Positions 61,325-64,000 of a stretch of 64,000 nt of DNA are shown in pieces. The notes under the pieces are model-generated. The model did not search any database, was not told where the DNA came from, and saw only the letters and a program-made list of their open reading frames with translations. A program made the translations under genes and the position numbers. Origin of the DNA: an uncultured Spirochaetaceae bacterium (lineage in GTDB: Bacteria > Spirochaetota > Spirochaetia > SZUA-6 > Fen-1364); the NCBI GenBank assembly GCA_964437385.1, contig CAYTGX010000007.1, positions 103 to 64,102 of the forward strand, read 5' to 3'. Positions within the stretch are counted from its first letter, which is position 1, and every line of letters begins with the position of its first letter.

Positions 61325-61770
61325 ATGAACCTGTCGTGAAGAGTGTGCGTGTTGAATGCCCGATTCACGACGCGTTCGTGACGTTCACCGCACGCATCGA
61401 TCTCTGGTGGCCCATGGCCCATCGCAGGTTTCCAGACTCCGTCGTGGTCATGGAGCCGTGGACGGGCGGCGGATTCTTCGAAAAGGCCCAGGACGGGCAG
61501 GAAGCGCGGCTGGGCAATGTGGTCCGCTGCGAACCTCCTCACGCCCTGGCCTACACCTGGTACCCGGGCGCGATCGAAAAGCCCACGCTCGTCCAGGTCA
61601 GCTTTGTGCAGGAGCCGGGCGCAGTCCTGGTCACCGTGACGCATGCCGTGGGAGAGAGCGGCCTCGGAGATGAGTGGCCCACGCGCGCGCGGCGCTTCGC
61701 CAGGAACTGGGACGTGGTCCTCCCCGCCTTTGCGGCACTTTTGAAATCGGAAGACTCGGTCTTGCCCTAA
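61321..61770 (+). CDS. SRPBCC-superfamily protein (AHSA1-like)
   Basis: 4-nt overlap with arsR. VRVECPIHDAFVTFTARIDLWWP...YTWYPG...VTVTH. This is the common ArsR-SRPBCC pairing. Confidence 0.8.
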   Translation: MNEPVVKSVRVECPIHDAFVTFTARIDLWWPMAHRRFPDSVVVMEPWTGGGFFEKAQDGQEARLGNVVRCEPPHALAYTWYPGAIEKPTLVQVSFVQEPGAVLVTVTHAVGESGLGDEWPTRARRFARNWDVVLPAFAALLKSEDSVLP

Positions 61771-61789
61771 TCTTTCAGGAGGTACACCG

Positions 61790-62194
61790 ATGGATGTTCC
61801 AGTCAACTATCTCGCAGTGGTCATTGTGGCCCTTGTGAACTATGCCATTGGCTCGATCTGGTACGGCGTCCTGTTCAGGAAGCCGTGGATGAAGCTTGCC
61901 GGCATGTCGGAGATGAAGGTCACAGCCGTCAGCGTTGTCGTGGCCCTGGTCGGCGCGCTCTTCACGAGCTACATCCTGGCCCACGCGGTCATATTCGCAA
62001 GCGCGTATCTCAAGACCAGCGGTGTGGGAGCGGGGCTGACAACGGGCTTTTTCAACTGGATCGGCTTCATTGCCCCTGTCACGATCGGTGTCGTGATCTA
62101 TGAGAAAAAGCCTGCCATGTACTGGGTCCTGAATAATGCCTACTGGCTCGTTTCCCTCCTTATAATGGGCGCGATTCTCTCCGTCTGGAGATAG
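61790..62194 (+). CDS. DUF1761 family membrane protein
   Basis: MDVPVNYLAVVIVALVNYAIGSIWYGVLFRKPWMKL is the typical DUF1761 N-terminus. Four TM segments. Confidence 0.7.
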   Translation: MDVPVNYLAVVIVALVNYAIGSIWYGVLFRKPWMKLAGMSEMKVTAVSVVVALVGALFTSYILAHAVIFASAYLKTSGVGAGLTTGFFNWIGFIAPVTIGVVIYEKKPAMYWVLNNAYWLVSLLIMGAILSVWR

Positions 62195-62205
62195 CCCGCC
62201 CCTTG

Positions 62206-62243
62206 ATCGCGGTCATGCTTCGGTGTGACCGCGATTTCTTTTA
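62206..62243 (+). terminator. rho-independent terminator
   Basis: atcgcggtca tgcttcggtg tgaccgcgat (10-bp perfect stem) followed by tttctttt. Confidence 0.75.
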
Positions 62244-62269
62244 GCGAATACAATTCGTATATTGTCGCT

Positions 62270-63232
62270 ATGCATCGTAGACTTAGGCTGCCTCTTCGCG
62301 TGGCCAGGCAGCCGGTAGACAACCAGGTCGGCCAGACACCGGTAGAAGGAATCGGCAATACTCCGCTGCTGCGCCTGGACAGGATCTCGCGAGATCTTCC
62401 CCAGCAGGTGCAGCTCCTTGCAAAGGCCGAGTGGATGAACCCCGGCGGGTCGGTAAAGGACCGGCCGGCGGCCGGCATGATCCTTGATGGGGAGGAAAGA
62501 GGCGCGCTCCGCCCCGGGTTGACGATCCTCGACGCAACGTCCGGAAACACCGGCATCGCCTACGCCATGATCGGCGCCTCCCGGGGGTATCGCGTGAAAC
62601 TCTGCGCCCCCGCGAACACGGAAGAGGGGATCCTTGCCACTCTTCGCGCGTACGGCGCAGAGCTGGTCCTCACGGACCCGGCCCAGGCGATGGACGGCGC
62701 CAGCCGCGAGGTGGCCCGCATCATGGCCTCGTCGCCGGAGAGCTACTTTTTCCCCGACCAGATGAATAACGATGCGAACTGGAAGGCCCACTACGAGGGC
62801 ACGGCAATGGAAATCTGGGAGCAGACCAGCGGGCAGGTGACGAACTTTGTCGCGGGGGTGGGCACAGGCGGCACCCTGGTGGGCACAGGCAGGAGACTGA
62901 GAGAGCTGAACGCGAACGTGCGGATTGCGTGCGTCCAACCGGCGTCCCCCCTGCACGGGCTGGAAGGGCTGCGCCACCTTCAGACGACCATTGTCCCGCG
63001 CATTTATGACCCCACGCTCGCGGATGAGACCGTGTACGTCGAGACAGAGATAGCGCAGGCCATGGTGGTGCGGCTGGCGCGTGAAGAAGGCATCTTTGTT
63101 GGAGTGTCGGCCGGGGCCGCGGTGGCAGCGGCGCTCTCCGTTGCAGGGCGCCTGGAGCGCGGCGTGGTCGTCACGGTGCTCCCCGAAGGCGGACGCAGGT
63201 TCATCCACGAGCGGTTCTGGGAGGAAGCATGA
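62270..63232 (+). CDS. cysM: cysteine synthase, CysM-like (PLP-dependent, sulfur-carrier-protein-dependent type)
   Basis: IGNTPLLRL, the PLP lysine motif GGSVKDRPA, and GVGTGGTLVG. I prefer the ATG at 62270 because the ORF-track start at 62225 lies inside the terminator stem. Confidence 0.85.
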   Translation: MHRRLRLPLRVARQPVDNQVGQTPVEGIGNTPLLRLDRISRDLPQQVQLLAKAEWMNPGGSVKDRPAAGMILDGEERGALRPGLTILDATSGNTGIAYAMIGASRGYRVKLCAPANTEEGILATLRAYGAELVLTDPAQAMDGASREVARIMASSPESYFFPDQMNNDANWKAHYEGTAMEIWEQTSGQVTNFVAGVGTGGTLVGTGRRLRELNANVRIACVQPASPLHGLEGLRHLQTTIVPRIYDPTLADETVYVETEIAQAMVVRLAREEGIFVGVSAGAAVAAALSVAGRLERGVVVTVLPEGGRRFIHERFWEEA

Positions 63233-63654
63233 AAGTGATTGTCCCGCCGGGGATTCTCGAGCGGATGCGCCGGCATGGTGAAGAGACCTACCCGCACGAA
63301 TGCTGCGGCTTCATGCTGGGAAGCGCGGAGGACGGAATGCAGCGGATCGTGGAGATCCGCAGCCAGGCCAACGAACGCACGGAGTCACGGGAGAATCGGT
63401 TCCTCATCACCCCGGACCAGTTCAAAGCCGCCGAGTCCGCGGCGCGCAAGGCAGGCCTGCAACTGGTGGGCATCTACCATTCCCATCCCGACAGCCCTGC
63501 CTGTCCCTCCGAGTACGACCGGGATCATGCGTGGCCGTGGTTCAGCTACATCATCGTGTCCGTGAAGTGCGGCAAGGCAGATGAAGCCAACGCATGGCAG
63601 CTCAAGGAAGACCGCTCGGGATTCGAAGCTCTGAAGCTTGAGAAAGGAGATTGA
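63229..63654 (+). CDS. JAMM/MPN+ metalloprotease (Mec+-like)
   Basis: HECCGFMLG (catalytic Glu region) and HSHPDSPACPSEYD, an exact HxHx7Sx2D JAMM motif. 4-nt overlap with cysM. Confidence 0.85.
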   Translation: MKVIVPPGILERMRRHGEETYPHECCGFMLGSAEDGMQRIVEIRSQANERTESRENRFLITPDQFKAAESAARKAGLQLVGIYHSHPDSPACPSEYDRDHAWPWFSYIIVSVKCGKADEANAWQLKEDRSGFEALKLEKGD

Positions 63655-64000
63655 TGATGACAAAGGTACGGGTAGAAATCCCGACAGCGCTGCGGGCATT
63701 CGCCGGCAACCAGGATACCGTCGAGCTGGCAGGAGAGACCGTGGGAGAGCTCCTGGTGGAGCTGGCCAGCGCCTATCCGCAGATGAAGAAACACGTTTTT
63801 GACGATCAGGGCAAGCTGCGCAACTTCGTCAATGTCTATGTCAACGACGATGATATCAGGCACCTGGACAAGGAGCAGACGCGCGTGAGCGCCAGGGATG
63901 TGATCAGCATCATCCCGTCAGTGGCGGGCGGGTCGGATCACAGCGGGAACGGCGCCCTTACCCAGCAGCAGGTCCAGCGCTACAGCCGGCATCTGATCAT
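63654..64000 (+). CDS. MoaD/ThiS-like sulfur carrier (CysO-like) fused to the start of a ThiF/MoeB-type E1 domain; 3' end off the window
   Basis: My translation: MMTKVRVEIPTALRAFAGNQDTVELAGETVGELLVELASAYPQMKKHVFDDQGKLRNFVNVYVNDDDIRHL...VISIIPSVAGG-SDHSGNGALTQQQVQRYSRHLI. A beta-grasp ends in GG (63927-63932), then a linker and the canonical E1 N-terminus follow. The ATG overlaps the JAMM TGA. Confidence 0.8.
   Translation, partial: MMTKVRVEIPTALRAFAGNQDTVELAGETVGELLVELASAYPQMKKHVFDDQGKLRNFVNVYVNDDDIRHLDKEQTRVSARDVISIIPSVAGGSDHSGNGALTQQQVQRYSRHLI

Noticed and set aside
62225-62269. ORF-track start of the CysM-like gene at 62225.
   Set aside because: That start lies inside the right arm of a 10-bp-stem terminator (62206-62243) belonging to the upstream gene. 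The ATG at 62270 still leaves a normal-length N-terminus before IGNTPLL.
1-64000. Scan for rRNA, tRNA, transposase, integrase, phage or CRISPR-Cas genes.
   Set aside because: None were recognised by eye in any intergenic region or ORF translation. A proper tRNAscan/Infernal/ISfinder run is still advisable, because I could only inspect the sequence visually.

Overview
GC-rich (roughly 60-65% by eye), densely coding bacterial chromosomal segment. I saw no rRNA, tRNA, CRISPR array, transposase, integrase or phage genes. All family names come from reading the translations and recognising motifs; no database search was run.

Layout, left to right:
- (1) A truncated multi-PAS sensor gene made of near-identical 426-bp tandem modules, followed by a DUF748 gene.
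- (2) A LacI-headed minus-strand sugar operon: CUT1-type ABC transporter, GH38-like protein, nucleoside hydrolase, M24-like protein and epimerase.
- (3) A small accessory patch: a SAM methyltransferase, two intact VapBC pairs, an orphan HicB-like gene, a decayed PIN gene and a probable gene fragment.
- (4) A CUT2 (Rbs-type) transporter operon with an embedded aldehyde dehydrogenase. It has a perfect sigma-54 promoter and is divergent from an NtrC-type activator and an unusual histidine kinase whose input module is an ABC-ATPase domain.
- (5) DinB-like, Q-rich, YaeQ, YihY and ABC-F genes, plus a decayed toxin-antitoxin locus.
- (6) A second Rbs-type transporter locus with a large uncharacterised TIM-barrel-like protein, an SDR, a Zn-ADH and a PMI-like cupin.
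- (7) A FadR/GntR-headed operon: PfkB kinase, SIS protein, BtpA/SgcQ, BMP-type ABC transporter and an Asp/Glu/hydantoin racemase.
- (8) A DMT transporter and a DUF1501/DUF1800 pair.
- (9) A translationally coupled four-gene signalling operon: MBL-fold + 2x cNMP-binding + hemerythrin protein, SAM methyltransferase, GH3-family adenylating enzyme and a 7TM-GAF-PAS hybrid histidine kinase.
- (10) An ArsR-SRPBCC-DUF1761 cluster.
- (11) A CysM - JAMM protease - CysO::E1 fusion sulfur-carrier cluster that runs off the right edge.

The most unusual items are the ABC-NBD::histidine kinase fusion with its sigma-54 regulatory region, the MBL/cNMP/hemerythrin-GH3-methyltransferase-kinase operon, a three-copy palindromic intergenic element family, and the ubiquitin-like/E1 fusion next to a JAMM protease.
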